Of a DNA stretch of 64,000 bases, positions 34,079-47,388 are shown piece by piece. The notes below the pieces were generated by a model, which saw only the letters and a program-made list of their open reading frames with translations, did no database searches and was not told the DNA's origin. Source of the stretch: Lama glama (Eukaryota). A program made the position numbers and the translations under genes. Numbering within the stretch: position 1 is the stretch's first letter; every line of letters begins with the position of its first letter. Location of the stretch: contig CM052850.1 of NCBI GenBank assembly GCA_028534125.1, positions 26,164,001-26,228,000 of the forward strand. Direction: 5' to 3'.

Positions 34079-34149
34079 AGACTGCCTTCCACCTGGGAGG
34101 CGGACACATCACAAAACACCCTCAACTCTGCTGCCTCCCAGACTCACAG

Positions 34150-34556
34150 CCCTGCAAGGTGACCGGAGCTCTTCCCACCCAGAGACGGAGTCAGTTTCCC
34201 AGCTCCTGGATGCAGGCTGGCCTTGAGACTTGCTCTGGCCAAGAGGATGCCGTGGAAGTCGCGTCAGCCTACTCTGCCCCTGGACACAAGAGGCGGTCAG
34301 CTCCACTTGCTCTCCTGCTGGGCCAGCGGCTGGAGGGTGAGACTCATGGGGCAGTTACCCAGGCGTCCCAGCCGAGGCTCCAGTGGGGGGCCGGCTACAC
34401 TCAGCAGAGCGGCCGACCATGGACCCAAAAGCAACTCCAGCTAGGACCAGAACCACCCAGAGGACCCACCTGAAGACCTGTGAGCCAAACAAAGGTGGCT
34501 GTTTAAAGTCATGAAGGTTTGGGTCGCCTGTTACATGGCAGTCACGGATGGATACA
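34150..34556 (+). mobile_element. MaLR solo LTR (MLT1G/H-like)
   Basis: Recognisable blocks: gctggccttgagacttgctctggccaagaggatg, ccagaaccacccag, and the 3' end tgtttaaagtcatgaaggtttggg..tgttacatggca..gataca. Confidence 0.7.
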
Positions 34557-34799
34557 CTTTGGTACTTAGATGCACAACATTTCGGAGCTGGAAGGGCCCT
34601 CAGAGACCCACCGATCAGATCTTACAGGTGACTGGTTGCACTGAATCAGGGCTCCTGCCTCTCCGCCCCCGTTCCTCCTGGGGAGTGTCTGGGCTCGGAC
34701 GGGAAGTGCGCCTGAGGGGCCGTGACTGAGGACGTCATCGGGCAGACCAGGACCTGGGAGGAAGTTCACCACCGCACTGCCTGTAAGGGGGACCAGCCC

Positions 34800-35300
34800 A
34801 CCGAGGGCAAAGCAAATGCATTCTCCAGCCAGTGCGACCCGATAAGCCTGAAATCATGCCGTGGGCACACTCTTCTTGGAGACCGCTTTTCAGCCCGCCA
34901 GCCCAAGGCACCCACACCCACAGCGCAGAAGTGCCGACACGTGTGCCTCAGCAGCAAGGGGCACACGTCCTCGCCAGCCACCGTCAAGAGGGCGAGGGGC
35001 ACACGAGCTGCGGCAGAGCCACTCGCTGGCACACTCCACAGCAAGGAAAAGGGACACACACCACCCCAGGCACCCGGATGTCACACACACAGGGCCGAGG
35101 GACGACGCCAGACCCCAAGGGGGACGTGCCACGTGACTCCACCTACATGAAGCTCAGAGCCTGGCATGAAGGCCAGGGTCCCCCGGCAGGCAGCGACCGG
35201 GCTGGGCATGGGGCCTGGGGCAGGGCAGGTAACGCGGTCTGTTAGCCGCACGCTCCGTGAATGTTCACGCCATGCACCATTCTGTGTGCGCGTGGTACTT
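34800..35300 (+). mobile_element. Ancient L1M 3' fragment, strongly GC-shifted
   Basis: Blocks such as gacgccagaccccaagggggacgtgccacgtgactccacctacatgaagctcagagcctggc resemble the L1M 3'UTR gaagccagacacaaaagagtacatactgtatgattccatttatatgaagttcaaaaacaggc. Confidence 0.55.
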
Positions 35301-36097
35301 CGAATACCGGATTACTAGCAAGAATGGTGCCCCAAAAGACTATCTAATGATAAGGAAACTCAAAACGGGTGGAAACACATGTAAGTCTACCTTGCAAATA
35401 AACATACGTGCAGAGGAATGAGAAACAAACCTGACCTCGGTTCCTGGGTAGAAAGCAGGTCAGAGCCATTTCATCCTTGCATGTTTTCAAGAAGAATCTA
35501 GGGTCTTGGTTGGGCCCAGGAGCCCAGAGCTCCAGCCAAAGGCAGATCCCCGAACAAGAGGAGGGGCAAGGCTTCCTTCTCAGGAGGGTCTAGGAGCCCC
35601 GTCCTCTGCTGTGTCCTCCCACTGAGCGGACTTACAAGGCGGGGAGGGTGGAGAGCTCACAGCGGCTGGAATGGAAACCTCCATGAAACCTCCTTGCTCT
35701 CTGACAGCCCCAAACGTGATCCAGATGTCCTGCCTGCTCACCCTGCGGCTGGCGCACAGAGGAAGCACATTCCTCTCCCAGCTGCTGGAGCTGCGCCGCC
35801 AAGAGCAGCTCCCTGAGGGCTGTGGGGGAGGCGCCCCGCCATCTGGGCCGCCCCGCCGTGTGGGGGGGGTGCAGGCTGGGGGAGGGGCACCCTCCTCTCC
35901 TAGCACCAGTCCTGGCACCCTGAGAGCACTCTCCCAGCCCCCCGTGCACTCCTGCCACCAAGGGGAAGTGGCTCAGCTGCGGGCTGGCACACCCAGAGAA
36001 TGTGAGTGGGCTGTGACGATAAATATGGTAGGGCCTGGGCAGGCATGAGGTGGTGTGGGTACGTAGACAGAAAGAGATGAGGGGGTGAGTGGGAGGT

Positions 36098-36222
36098 CCA
36101 TGGATGGATGGGTGGATGGATGGGGGATGGACGGATGGATGGATGGTGGGTGGATGGATGGGGGATGGGTGGACGCATGGTGGGTGGATGGATGGTGAGT
36201 GGGTGGATGGGTGGGTGGATGA
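36098..36222. repeat. (GGAT/GGGT)n simple repeat
   Basis: tggatggatgggtggatgga.. continuing over ~120 bp. Confidence 0.9.
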
Positions 36223-39200
36223 GCAGCTGGGTGGTGCTGTGACCTAAACTTGATGGAGCTCCCTCCTGGAGCCCACAAGTGGTGGGGGCGATGACACACA
36301 GGCCACTACACAAGGTCGCACAGTAGTGGGAAAAGCCCAGTTTTAGGGTCAGGCAGGCCCTAGTCCAGCCATGGTCTCATCATTTGGGTGGCCTTGACCA
36401 GACCTCCCTCTCTGAACCTTGGTTTCCTCAGGTACATGCGAGTGATGTGGTGAGGGTCAGGCCAGCGCCTGCTAAGCCAAGCTGCTTTGCTCACACACAC
36501 CTGGCTAGGACATGACGGGGCTGGGAACCCCTCTCCTGGGCCTCCTGGAGCTGAGGGTCTGAACAGAAGGTGTGTCCCCCCGAGGGGCTGCGACAGCACT
36601 GGGAGGGGGCGTGTGCAGTGCCTGTGTGCAACTCCCACTGGGGGGGGAACGCTGCAGAACACCCCAGAATACTGAAAAGTACTTAAAAAGATGATCTGGT
36701 ATGTACACAGTATCTCTAGAAGGAAACAGGAACTGTCCGGGGGGAGGGCAGCAAGACCCCCATCTCTCTGCACCCTCCCCAACCAGCCCAGCTTTTAAAC
36801 CACCTCCTGATTTATTACTAAACTGCCTGCCACCTTACCAGCAGGTGATCCACCTACCCCAACTCTGAATTAAGGTGACAGTAACTGCAACAGATACACA
36901 ATTACAAAGTGTCTCTTAGCAAATAAACAGATACGTTATTCCAGATTGCTTATTTTAAAAAAGGAATTGATGAAATGCCGGGAACTCATCTGGCCGTGGG
37001 TGTTAGCAGTGCCTGCCCTCTGAGGGACGGCGCTCGTGGTTCAGCAAAGTGGGGAGGCCCGCACCAGCCACAGGCACACCTGTGCTGGTGGCCGAGGGTC
37101 GGGGTGCTTCTAAGAGCTTCATGAAGCTGCACCTGGATCCTGAAGGTGGCACGATTTGCACACCTGAGGCCAGACGGCTGTCCCCAGCGACGCGACGGCA
37201 GCTGGAGCTCCGGGAACCAGCAAACACCAAGTTCCGCCTGGGAAGGTGGGGCTGGGCGCGAGGCTGGCGGGGCTGGAAACCCAGGCCAAGCAGTTAGGGT
37301 TTTCCTCCACCGGCAACAAGGCGCCATCCAAGATCTAACTGATTCCCAAAGCATTTTCATTGTTTGAAAAAAAGCGCAAATCAACTGTGTGTCACCTTGA
37401 GCTCTGCAGAGGAATGCTGCCAGAACTTAACCCATGACGCTGCTCATACGAACGCCTCGTAGTAATTAGGGACCGGCGGTTTGCCCTGTGCGTCCCATCG
37501 GGGCGTCTCTCCAAAGTGCCCAGTGGTCTCTCGCCAACTCCCAGCCACGGCGCGGCCACCCTGTGGCCACCCTATGACCGTATAGCCTGTGAGGACCCGC
37601 TCACAAGACATGAGACCAAGGCACATGAGGGGTGTGGCCCCCAAGACTCTGCCCACGGGGCCTGAGGGACCCCCGGTGGTGATGTGGGCCAGCTGGAGCA
37701 CCACCGGGAGAGGCAGGGACGGACGAGGTGGTCTGGGCTGGCTTTGCTCTGGGGGGTGGGCTTGCCTCCACATTTCACTCCCCGGTTCCGTAAGGATGAA
37801 CCCCCAGCTGATCCAGCTGAGTTGCAGCCGGATGGGGCACTGCCCTGATGCCCAGTGAGGGAGACCCTGTGGATTAGGACGCAGAGGGGGAGGCCTGTGG
37901 TCTGTCTCACGCCCTCCCCCAGAGGCACAGCCAACCCCTTCTGCGCCCTCTCAGTTCTCGGACATGGAAGGCACTGACCAGGACCCTCCCTGACCCGCAC
38001 ACCCAGAGACGAAGCCAGGTCCAGAGACCCCACCACTGCGGGGGCAGCAGCCCTCAGCCCTGGTCCTCCCGCCCCTGCTTCACAGGGTGGTCCACCTGCT
38101 TCTGCCTTCATGGAGGAGGCTGGGCGCCGCCGGGAAAGCTCACGCTTCCTCTCACAGAGAACTTGGTACCGGCAGGAGGGCAGGCCCCCTGGGGGCTTCC
38201 CAGCTGTGTTACTCTTGTGGTCAAAGCTCACAGCAGGGGGGACGCCATCACTTGCCGGATGCTCAGAGAGGCCCAGGCCAGCACCTGAGGTCACACAGGA
38301 CCGGTGCAGGCCGTGAGCTCCCAGGACACCACAGGTGCCGCTGGCCCCACAGCTCTGGCCTCCGCTTACCTCCGTGGATGTCCAGGGCTGTGGCTGATTT
38401 TATGATTTAACCCCAGCAGCGCCGGAGAGGCCTGGAGGCAGTGTGGCCTTGCACCACTTCCGGAAGGGTGGGGACCAGGCCCCAGACTCTCCTGCATCCT
38501 GGGCTCAGGCCTCTGGGCGCTGTGTTCCCAGGGCCCGTCTCCCTGGTGGATTCCAGGGCGGTCCGTCTCCTTGCCCCAGGAACTGTCAAAATGTTCCACA
38601 AATTCCAGTGCATGTCACCCAAAAGGCACAGCCCAGACCCCCCACTGCAGGCGGGGCCCAGACCCCCAGGGCACCAGAGCCCCAGTTGCCAGGGCAGAGA
38701 GCTTCGTACATTAGCTGCACACGCTGGGCCGAGTGTCACCGGCGCCACGGCGCACACTGGGCCGAGAACCCTGCTATTTTCCTGCTCAGAGTCAGCAAGG
38801 TGCCCCATGGTCGGTCTGGCAGGGCCCCCAGATAAGGCTGTCGTCGTCACACAGGAAACCCCCGCTGCACCCCTCCCAGCCCCGACTCGAAGTAACCTCT
38901 CGGATCCTTCCCGACACTCCGTGTAATTATAGCCCCGTGCCGTCTACTCTCCAGGAAGAGGCAGACACGGTGCCTGCTCGTCAGCCTGCCCCGTGACCCA
39001 CAAGTCTCTGCCTCCCAGCAAGCCCGGGAGGCTGTGCTCGGTCCTCAGCCTCGGTCTGCTCACCTGCGCAATGGGGACAATCAGCTCCCCTGGCCCCAGA
39101 CAGTGACCAGGAGACTCAGGAGTAAGAAGGACGTGGCAGCAGCCAGGCACAGAGCAAGCGCTAAAGCAGTGCCGATTGACAAAAGGGGACCCCCTGAGCA

Positions 39201-39711
39201 CGTGCTTTCTCGAAGGCACTCCTCTGAGCTCTCCAAGAGGGGTGCCCTGCTGTTCTGTCCCAGACCCCAGATGGCCACACGGTGGGACCCTGAGAGGACA
39301 GGGCTGGTCAGGCCACCACGAGCAAGGTGGCCGTGCAATGCACGTGGAAAGGTGTCCACCCAAAGGGACACCAAGCTTGGCAGGACGGGGTCCCCTACCC
39401 CTTCCAGGCCCTGCCCACCCCACCCTGCTGGAGGGGGTCTTCCCCTAGTCTGGCCCACCCAGTCCGGAGGCCAGAACCCCAGTAGGCCCTGGGGTGACAC
39501 TAAGGGGACAGGAAGATTCATCCGAGGAGGCGTCACCGTGAGCAGTGTCCCCACAACCTGAGAACAACACCTCCTTTCTCTGGATTGAAGGGAAACAGAG
39601 GCCTCTGGAAGCAAACCTTTTGCGCAGATGTTTCCTCTTGGCGTGAACCCCCCGGGCGGGGCCTGCCTGCTCCCACACGGAGGCGCAGGGCAGACCGAGT
39701 AATTGCAATTC

Positions 39712-39915
39712 NNNNNNNNNNNNNNNNNNNNNNNNNNNNNNNNNNNNNNNNNNNNNNNNNNNNNNNNNNNNNNNNNNNNNNNNNNNNNNNNNNNNNNNNN
39801 NNNNNNNNNNNNNNNNNNNNNNNNNNNNNNNNNNNNNNNNNNNNNNNNNNNNNNNNNNNNNNNNNNNNNNNNNNNNNNNNNNNNNNNNNNNNNNNNNNNN
39901 NNNNNNNNNNNNNNN
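39712..39915. other. Assembly gap (204 N)
   Basis: Run of N. Confidence 1.
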
Positions 39916-42900
39916 AGCCCTCCCCCCAACTTGGCAAGGATCCGGAATGTGTCTGGCTCCTGGTGGATGAGGGTGGCAGGGAGGTGGTGGCGCGGTGCCA
40001 GCCGGGATTCCCTGATCTGGGGCTGCTGAGTGGGCACGTCCTCCTGGGGGCCCCCGGATGGGGCGGGCCCGGGGCTCTCGGCTCACACGATGGGGGCTGG
40101 AGCCCCCTCCTGCACCCACCACCTTCAGCACACCATTGTCCCTGGAGAGGAAGGAGGGGGCCTTAAGGCACCCCCTGCTCATGTCCTGGCCATATTTTGC
40201 TGGGGGAGGGAGGCAGCCAGAGGGATGGAGGCCTGGGTCTTGTCCAGGAAGGCCGGCCTGGGGCTGGGGGAGGGGATCAGAGTCCCCAAAACGGCCCTGC
40301 TGGGAAACAGGCTCAGTCAGACGCGCACCCCTCACCCGCCCCTCGCAGGCTGCTCCTCCTCCACTGCCTTCGTCCTGATCTGTCCTTTCAGGGCCCTCTT
40401 CTGCCTGCTTCGCTGGAGCCCAGCCCAGAGCAGGCAGGAGGCACCCAGGACACGTCTTGGAGTGACCCAGGGACGCTTGTTGACGAGGTGTTACTACCGT
40501 CACTTACAGGGAGGCCTGGGAGGCCGGCTCCCCTCCAGGTCACATCACCCCGCCTGCAGGACTCTGATTTCAGGGCTGCGTTGGCAGCACCGTCTGCATC
40601 CCCGCTGCCAAGCTCAGGGGCCGACGTGGTCCCCAGGAGCTGGGTCTGGGTGGACCTCGAGTCTGCGCACCAATGGGCCCCCAGGGCCCCGGGCCGGGGC
40701 CCAGTCTGGGCAGCGGGGGTTCCACTCCTTCCACGCCCGAGTGTCCCTCTGAGGGTGTCTCAGGGAACTTGCTCCACCCTGGGGGGCACATCCCACCTCC
40801 CACTGGCACGTGTGACTGTCAGATGCTGTGTCTCCCCCAGTGCCCACGGCTTATAGAAGCTGAGGTGGTCATTGCTGGCTGCCCTCAGAGCCCACCCGCC
40901 CTGAGTGGTCAGCAGGCATCCACTCGCACACCAAGCCCGTTATACAGCCGGCGCCAGAGCTGCTCCATGAGGAGGGGGCTGCTGCCTCAGACGGGCTCAC
41001 AGGGAAGGGGGTGCCCGACTGGCTGGTGAGGTCTGCCACGGGCACGGGAGTGGATTAGCCACATCTGCCACGGTCATCAAGGTGGGTAGAAGGGGCGGTA
41101 CCCCACGTGCCGGAGCAATAGGGTCCAGTCCCCCCCTCACCCACAGCACTCCACAACAGTCTGCTCCCCCACCACCCGGGAGCGCTGCTCGGGGCCTCCC
41201 TGCACCAGGGCCTTCTCTGAGGGTTGGAGCGACAGTACACAAACGGACAGACCAGAGTCTAGGGTCAAACCCCTTCCAAGGCTGGGTCCCGGCTGGCAGC
41301 CGCCACCTGGAATCCTGTCCCAGCCTCAGAGAGGGGGAGGGAACAGCCAGTGCTAAGCCACCAACAACATACTCACTCACTCATCCTTCCAGCAGCCCCG
41401 TGAGGTTGCTCTCTTATCTCACGATGGCGATGAGACAAAATGTATTAACACCCCCATTTACAGACGGGACAACCGAGACAGAAGTAACCGCCTGGGCACA
41501 TGGCTGGGAAGGGCAGGGCTGGAGCTCCCACCCCACAGTGCAGCTCCCCATGGGCCCCGCCTGAGCTCACACAGCTTCCTGGACCCAACCTGCTCCCTCA
41601 AAAGTTCTGTCGTCTCCCAGACAAGCTGCGGCTGGCGTGGGTGGGCACAGCCTCCGGTGTAAGTCAGGTATCTGTCCGCTTTCTGGCCACAGGCTGTGAG
41701 CGGATTCCTTCTTGGCTTGGTCTCAGTGTTTTCCCCGAGAAGTGGGTGCAGGGTTTCTGGGCTTTCCTGCCTGCCTCTCTGCCCCACTGCTCCCTGCCTG
41801 CCTCCTCTTGCAGGCAGGCCACCAGGCTGAACCCCTGCGTGCTGCCAGGCAGCTTCCTGAGCTGCGTTCAGGGGTCAGGGCCTGCCCTGCACGCTCAGCC
41901 TCGCCCGATGGGGTCTCCTCAGACCTTCTGCAATGAAATTTCCCCTTCCACAATCCTGGCCATCGCAAATGTCAGAGCCACTCTCTGGGGTCTTCTAGAC
42001 AATTTGAGCAATAAAATGCGTCTAATGGCAGCTCCGCACAGTGCACTGGGCGGCTGGGCCTCACAGGAGCCACGTCCCCACACTCGGGAGGCTCTCTGAG
42101 GAGGAGTCAGGAAGCAGAATCTGTCCCCAAGGCCTGTCCTTCGGGCCGAGAGATGCTCACTGGCAGTCCGCAGCCCTACGTGGTCCAGACAGCAGCGAGG
42201 CCCTGCCCGCATATGGGAGGAACCCAGACTCGCTGGTCAGGACTTCAAATCAGACCACAGGCACCCTCAAGTCCAGCCCCACCCCAACCCAGGACCAGAG
42301 GCAAGCGCAGGGACCTTGCACCCCAGAGGCCACGTCTGCCGTGGAGAGGGCCACACCTGGTGGTTTAAACCCCAGTGACCTCCTCTCTGTGTGAATGGAT
42401 GAACGCATCCCCTCGTGGTGACAGGGGCTGTGGGTGGACAGTTATAACAGAGGGACAGTCTTGCCAAACGAGAAGCTGCCAGCCAGTGGGCACTCAAGGT
42501 TCAGACTGTCCACCTGCTGCACCCGTTGCTGAGCGGCTTCCGGGGGCACAGAGAGGGCAGGAGCCAGCCCAGGGTCACACAGTAGTGGCCTCATCTGCCA
42601 GTCCTCACTCCCCTGAACCCAAGCATCGGGCTGTGTCCACTTCGGGCAGAGGGTTTGTTTCCAGCCCTGCCGCAGCCCTCCGCCCAGCCCTGGAAAGCAG
42701 CAGGCGGGCAGATGGGCCGGCACCGTGCAGCCGCGGTGGCAGCTGCTCCGGGGGAGGCGAGTGAGGAGCGGGCTCCGCGCCTCCCTCCTGAGCGGAACCT
42801 TCTGGATGTTTTGACTCATTCCACCAAACGGTCTCACAGAACCTCAAGGAGATCTGGGGGTGGGGCCCTGCTGAGTCAAAACACCCCTGGGGGTTTTCTG

Positions 42901-45900
42901 CGGGGGTGGGGGCAGTCTCCCATTCCACTGCCCGAGAAGTGCCCCTCCCATCCCAAGTGACAAGGCTCCGAGGCGACCTCCCCATTTCACAGCAGGGAAA
43001 ACCAAGGCTGCTGCGGGCGCCAGGGTCTCCCCTCTGGCCCTAGTGGGCTGGGCCAGGCGTGTCTGTGGCTCCTGAAACAGAAAACCTGTCTGCTTTCCAA
43101 GGCCTTGCACTGGACCAGCCCACCTGCTGCGGCAGATGCTCCAAAGGGTTTGCGGGACTCACTCTGCCCTTCTGTGAAGTGGGGACAAGCCCGCGGCTGT
43201 GGCAGGTGCTGTGGGTACAGGGAGCCGGTCCAGACCCCAAACCAACCAGCACAGCAAGCTTCCAGGGAGCCACAGGTCTGACCAGAGCAGTGACACAGGC
43301 TGCTCTCTGGCTCTGCAGGCTGCACGACCTCCCCCTCAGCTGCCAACGCCCTCAGCCGGCCCCACATGCCCCGCCTGGTCCCCAAGCATCTGACCTTCCT
43401 CCCACTGAGTGCCACCAGGCCGAGCCGTAGGTCACACTGAGATGGCGTGCCTGTGGGCAGCTTCATTAGGACGGAGTGGGCACAGAACCCGCCAGCCCTA
43501 GGGCCACAGACAGAGACCTCCTGCCCAGCCCCAGGCCCACCCCACGGCACCTGGCAGAGACAACACCGCGTGTCGAGGGACATCTATTGTTTGTCTCTCC
43601 CCAGAGAGCGCAGCAGCCCCTCGATTCCGAAGCAGCGCCCGACGTGCAGGAGGTCCTCGCCCTCCACTCATCAGAGGAGCGAGCAGGCACGGCCTGACCA
43701 GCCGTGTTCTCATCACTGGTACGTCTCAGCTCCGTGACACCCAGCTCCGTGCCAGCGCTTCACATCCGCCGGGCAGGGACGGTGCCGGGGAGCAGTGACC
43801 CCCGCTCCGGGGTCAGCCTCCTGGGCTCCATCCAGGAAAGAAGCAACAGCCGGAAGCCAGGGTCACGCTGGAAGGGGCGCACCGTGGGCAGACGTGAGCG
43901 GGGCGGGCAGCCAGCGCCCCCTGGAGCCAGCGCGGCCCCTGCAGCTGGGGCTTTAGTCAGCGCCCCCCTCACCACGCGGGGAGTTCAGAGGACTGAGGAA
44001 CTGAATTTCTGTTGCACGTTGAAAGCTACATTGTTTTCCAGTCTGGAGAGAAATGAAAACTAGCGACCTCGAGCTCCCTGGCCAGGACCTGAGTATCCGA
44101 ATTCTGTCCTGGGTCCAGAGAGGCCGGGGCAGGTGCTGGTGCCTCTGGGAGGGGAAGGTCCATCTGCCTTTCTCCAGGGCCCTCCCCGCCTGACCTGCTG
44201 CCCCATGTGCGGTGGGAGCCGGGGTGCCCAGGAGCAGCAGCTGCTCCAGCTGACGGGCGCGGGCACACTGCCAGCTGCCAGCCTGGCCGTGGCTCTGCAG
44301 AGGCCCCGAGGCCTGGTCTCCCTGGCAGGCTGTGAGGACCAGCCTAATCTCTCGGCTGCTCCGGGGGTGGGGGCAGTCTCAGCTCAGGAGACCGGGGGCA
44401 AAGGTGACCTGGAGTGACCCACACTCCCTCTCCTCCTCTCCCCCAGGTTCTGTGCCCCCCCTCCCCCGGCCTGTCCTGACTGCCCACCCTGACACTTTCT
44501 GGAACTCTTCCCGCAGGAGGTGGGCTCCAGGCCCCTTCCACCCACGCCACACAGGCTCCTTATGCTCGGGCAGCCCCGTCCTGATGCAGGGGCCGCGTGG
44601 AGGGGCTCGGTGCACGGAGGCGGAGACACAGCCTCCCCACCGGGCCCTGTCCAAACTCCTAGCCCAAGAACCCGCAAGCTGGCACGTGGCTGCCCAGCCC
44701 CTGAGTCCGGGGTGGTCTGTCCACCGCAGTCATAGCCGGGTTCCTTCTTGGTGTGTCCTCACCCCAGTTCTTAAGGAGCATTTCTGGCTCACAGGGCTGC
44801 AGGGAGGGGCCCTCTCCTGCCTCTGGGAAAATCTGTGGCTACTGCCCAGGCCTGGCCTGGAGGGAGCCGCCCCAAACATCTGTTTAGGAGTGAACAGGGT
44901 CAGGTTTGAGGGCCAACTGCCTGGGATGCTCCCGGCCGCCTCCCCCAAGGCCCCCACGCAGGCAAGACTCACAGCCCGACTCCAGGGCTGGAGAGCAGAT
45001 GAGACAACTGTTTATGGGACCAAGCACAATGACAGCTTGCAGGCAGACGAGCCCTGCTGTTCAAACAACTCTCTCCAGGCTCCCGGCGAGAGCGTCCCTG
45101 CCAGCTGGTGACCCCGGGCATCGCCGCCTGTGAGGTGCGGGGGCTCCCAGGTGAGACGCGCTCCTGCTCCCGGGGCCTTCTGAGTGTGAGGCGCTCGTCT
45201 GGGTTCTGGGGCTGCGGGGAGCAGACAGGCAGAAGTCCTGCCCTCACGGAGCTGACCTCGGAGGGAGACGCGGTGACGGGTGAAGGAGGAGGCACAGCAT
45301 GGCAGGGATGTGTGCCGTGGGGACTCACAGCAGAGGCGACTCTGAGCCCGACCCAAGGAGGGGAAGGTGGGAGCCACGCCGGTGTTGGCAGAGCACGCGG
45401 GCAGCGGGACCCGCTTGGGAAACACAGGGAAGGCAGATCAGAGCCAACATTCCGGGGGGGTTGGGGGTGTGGGGCTGTGTGGCCTTGAAGCCACGGGACA
45501 GTCTGACCGGCCCCTGGAAGGGCCACACGATAGCTTTTGGGGGACCTCTCCAGCTGCTACATGGGGACCCCAAACTGCCTCCCCTGTTGAGGGCAGGGCA
45601 GGGGTGAAGCCGGAGACCAGGTGCAGCATCTTATTCATGACTTGCAGGTGGGACGTAGGTGCCAGAGACCTAGTCACTGGGCAACCAAGCACTGCCTGCG
45701 GGCAGACGAGGCCCACCATCCAAACCACCCTCCATGCTCCCGGCGGGGCAGCCCAGCAGCCCGCGGGCCACGGCGCTCACCACCCCGGGCCAGGGCACGG
45801 CCACAAGTGCAAAGGGATGGCGGTGGCCATCCTCACGACCCGGTGACACAGCACAGGGAAGCCGGGCCTAGCAGGGCAGGAGGCGCCTCTGGTGCATTCA

Positions 45901-45914
45901 CCCCTCGGCACGGG

Positions 45915-46437
45915 ACAGCGGGTCAAACCGAGAGTGCCACGCAGCCCAGCATCTACTCTCCCAGGTGCGGCCCCAAGAGGACGGAACACACACGTCCACG
46001 CAGAACTGCAGGCGCGCGCTCACAGCGGGTGACGCACACCCGCGAAAACGGGCATGGCCCAGCTGTCTGTCCGCTGACGATGGACACACCCAAAATGCGC
46101 AGACGCGGGCGACTGAATACCACTCGTGAGAAGGGTGTGAAGCGCCGACCTGTGGGACAGTGTGTGCGAGCCGCACAATCTGTCCACCGAGTGACGGAAG
46201 CCGGTCATCTCCTGAGACTCCCAAAGGCAGACCCACCAACACAGAAGCAGACCGGTGGTCGCAGGGCTTGGCGGGGGCGCTGTGGGTGAGGGGCTCTCCT
46301 TTCTGGGGTGATGGAAACGTTTGGGAATTAGATGGTGGTACAACACAGTGAATGCGTTCGATGCCAGTAAGTCATGAACTTAAAAATGGTTCAGGTGGTC
46401 AAGTTTACGTTCTGTGTATTTTACAGTTTAAAAAAAT
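45915..46437 (+). mobile_element. L1MB-like LINE-1 3' end, GC-shifted
   Basis: Colinear with the L1M ORF2 end/3'UTR, ending tttctggggtgatggaaacgtttgggaattagatggtgg...tacgttctgtgtattttacagtttaaaaaaa. Confidence 0.8.
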
Positions 46438-47295
46438 ACCCAGTGGGGAGACTGAGGTGAGCAGGACGTGGCCTCTCCCCAAACGTGGTCCCTCCAGTCG
46501 CCTGTCCCTGTCCCCAGCACAGGGCTGGGGAGCCCGAGCTCATGGGAGGGATACAGGCAGGCGATGGGGCCGGGCTGACCTCTCTCCTCGCCGCAGTGCT
46601 AACGGGGGGGTGTCACAGGCTCCCTCTCCCCAGGTGCTGTGCTCTCGGTGACCTGGGGGCCCATTCCTTTAGGTGGGCAGGAGGGTGGCTCCCTGGCTGA
46701 CGCCAACTCCCACTCCCCTGGAGCTGGCAGGTCTGGGAAGGCCGGTGACATGTGACCTTCCAACATACCCCATATATGGAGCCTCACCCTTAGGGGCCAG
46801 GAGGGGTCCCAAGGAGGGGCTGCGCGAATAATCCCATAAACCTGGAGGCCTGGCTGGGCTAAAGGCCTCTGTGAGATGAGGGTAACGGGGGGGAGGGACT
46901 GGTGGGGTCTGAAGGGGTCTCAGCCCCTCTGAGAATCAGATGAAAGGGCTCTGAGCATGTAACACGAGCACAGGTCAAGCCCGGACCTCATGACTGCCCC
47001 CCAGTCTGCCCCCTCCACCTCGAAGCCCCCAGGGCTCTACTGACAAGACCAGCCGCGATGTGGACACGGCACCATGTCCACCCAACCAGACCGTGCAGGT
47101 GCTGTGCGGGGCCCCCGGCCAGGCGTTAACAACCATGACTGTGGGGATTCCGAAAAGAAGGTTTCACGTGGACACAGAGGGAACTGAGGCTCCAAGAAAC
47201 CCCACGGCATGCCAAAGGGCTCGCCTGGGGCCAAGATTTGAACTGGGGTGCCTTGACACCTCAAACGAGGTTCCCTACAACAAACCCACAAAGAC

Positions 47296-47388
47296 GGTGG
47301 TGACAGGCGTCCTGGGACAGTCTGTGTAGGTGGTGGTGACAGGCGTCCTGGGACAGTCCATGTAGATGGTGGTGACAGGCGTCCTGGG
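47296..47388. repeat. 36-bp minisatellite, ~2.6 copies
   Basis: GGTGGTGACAGGCGTCCTGGGACAGTC.. starting at 47296, 47332 and 47368. Confidence 0.92.

Noticed and set aside
39081-40503. ORFs of 193-352 aa spanning the N run
   Set aside because: Artificially joined across the assembly gap.
47296-47388. CRISPR-like repeat-spacer pattern
   Set aside because: The intervening segments are near-identical rather than unique spacers, there are no cas genes, and the context is mammalian. It is a minisatellite.
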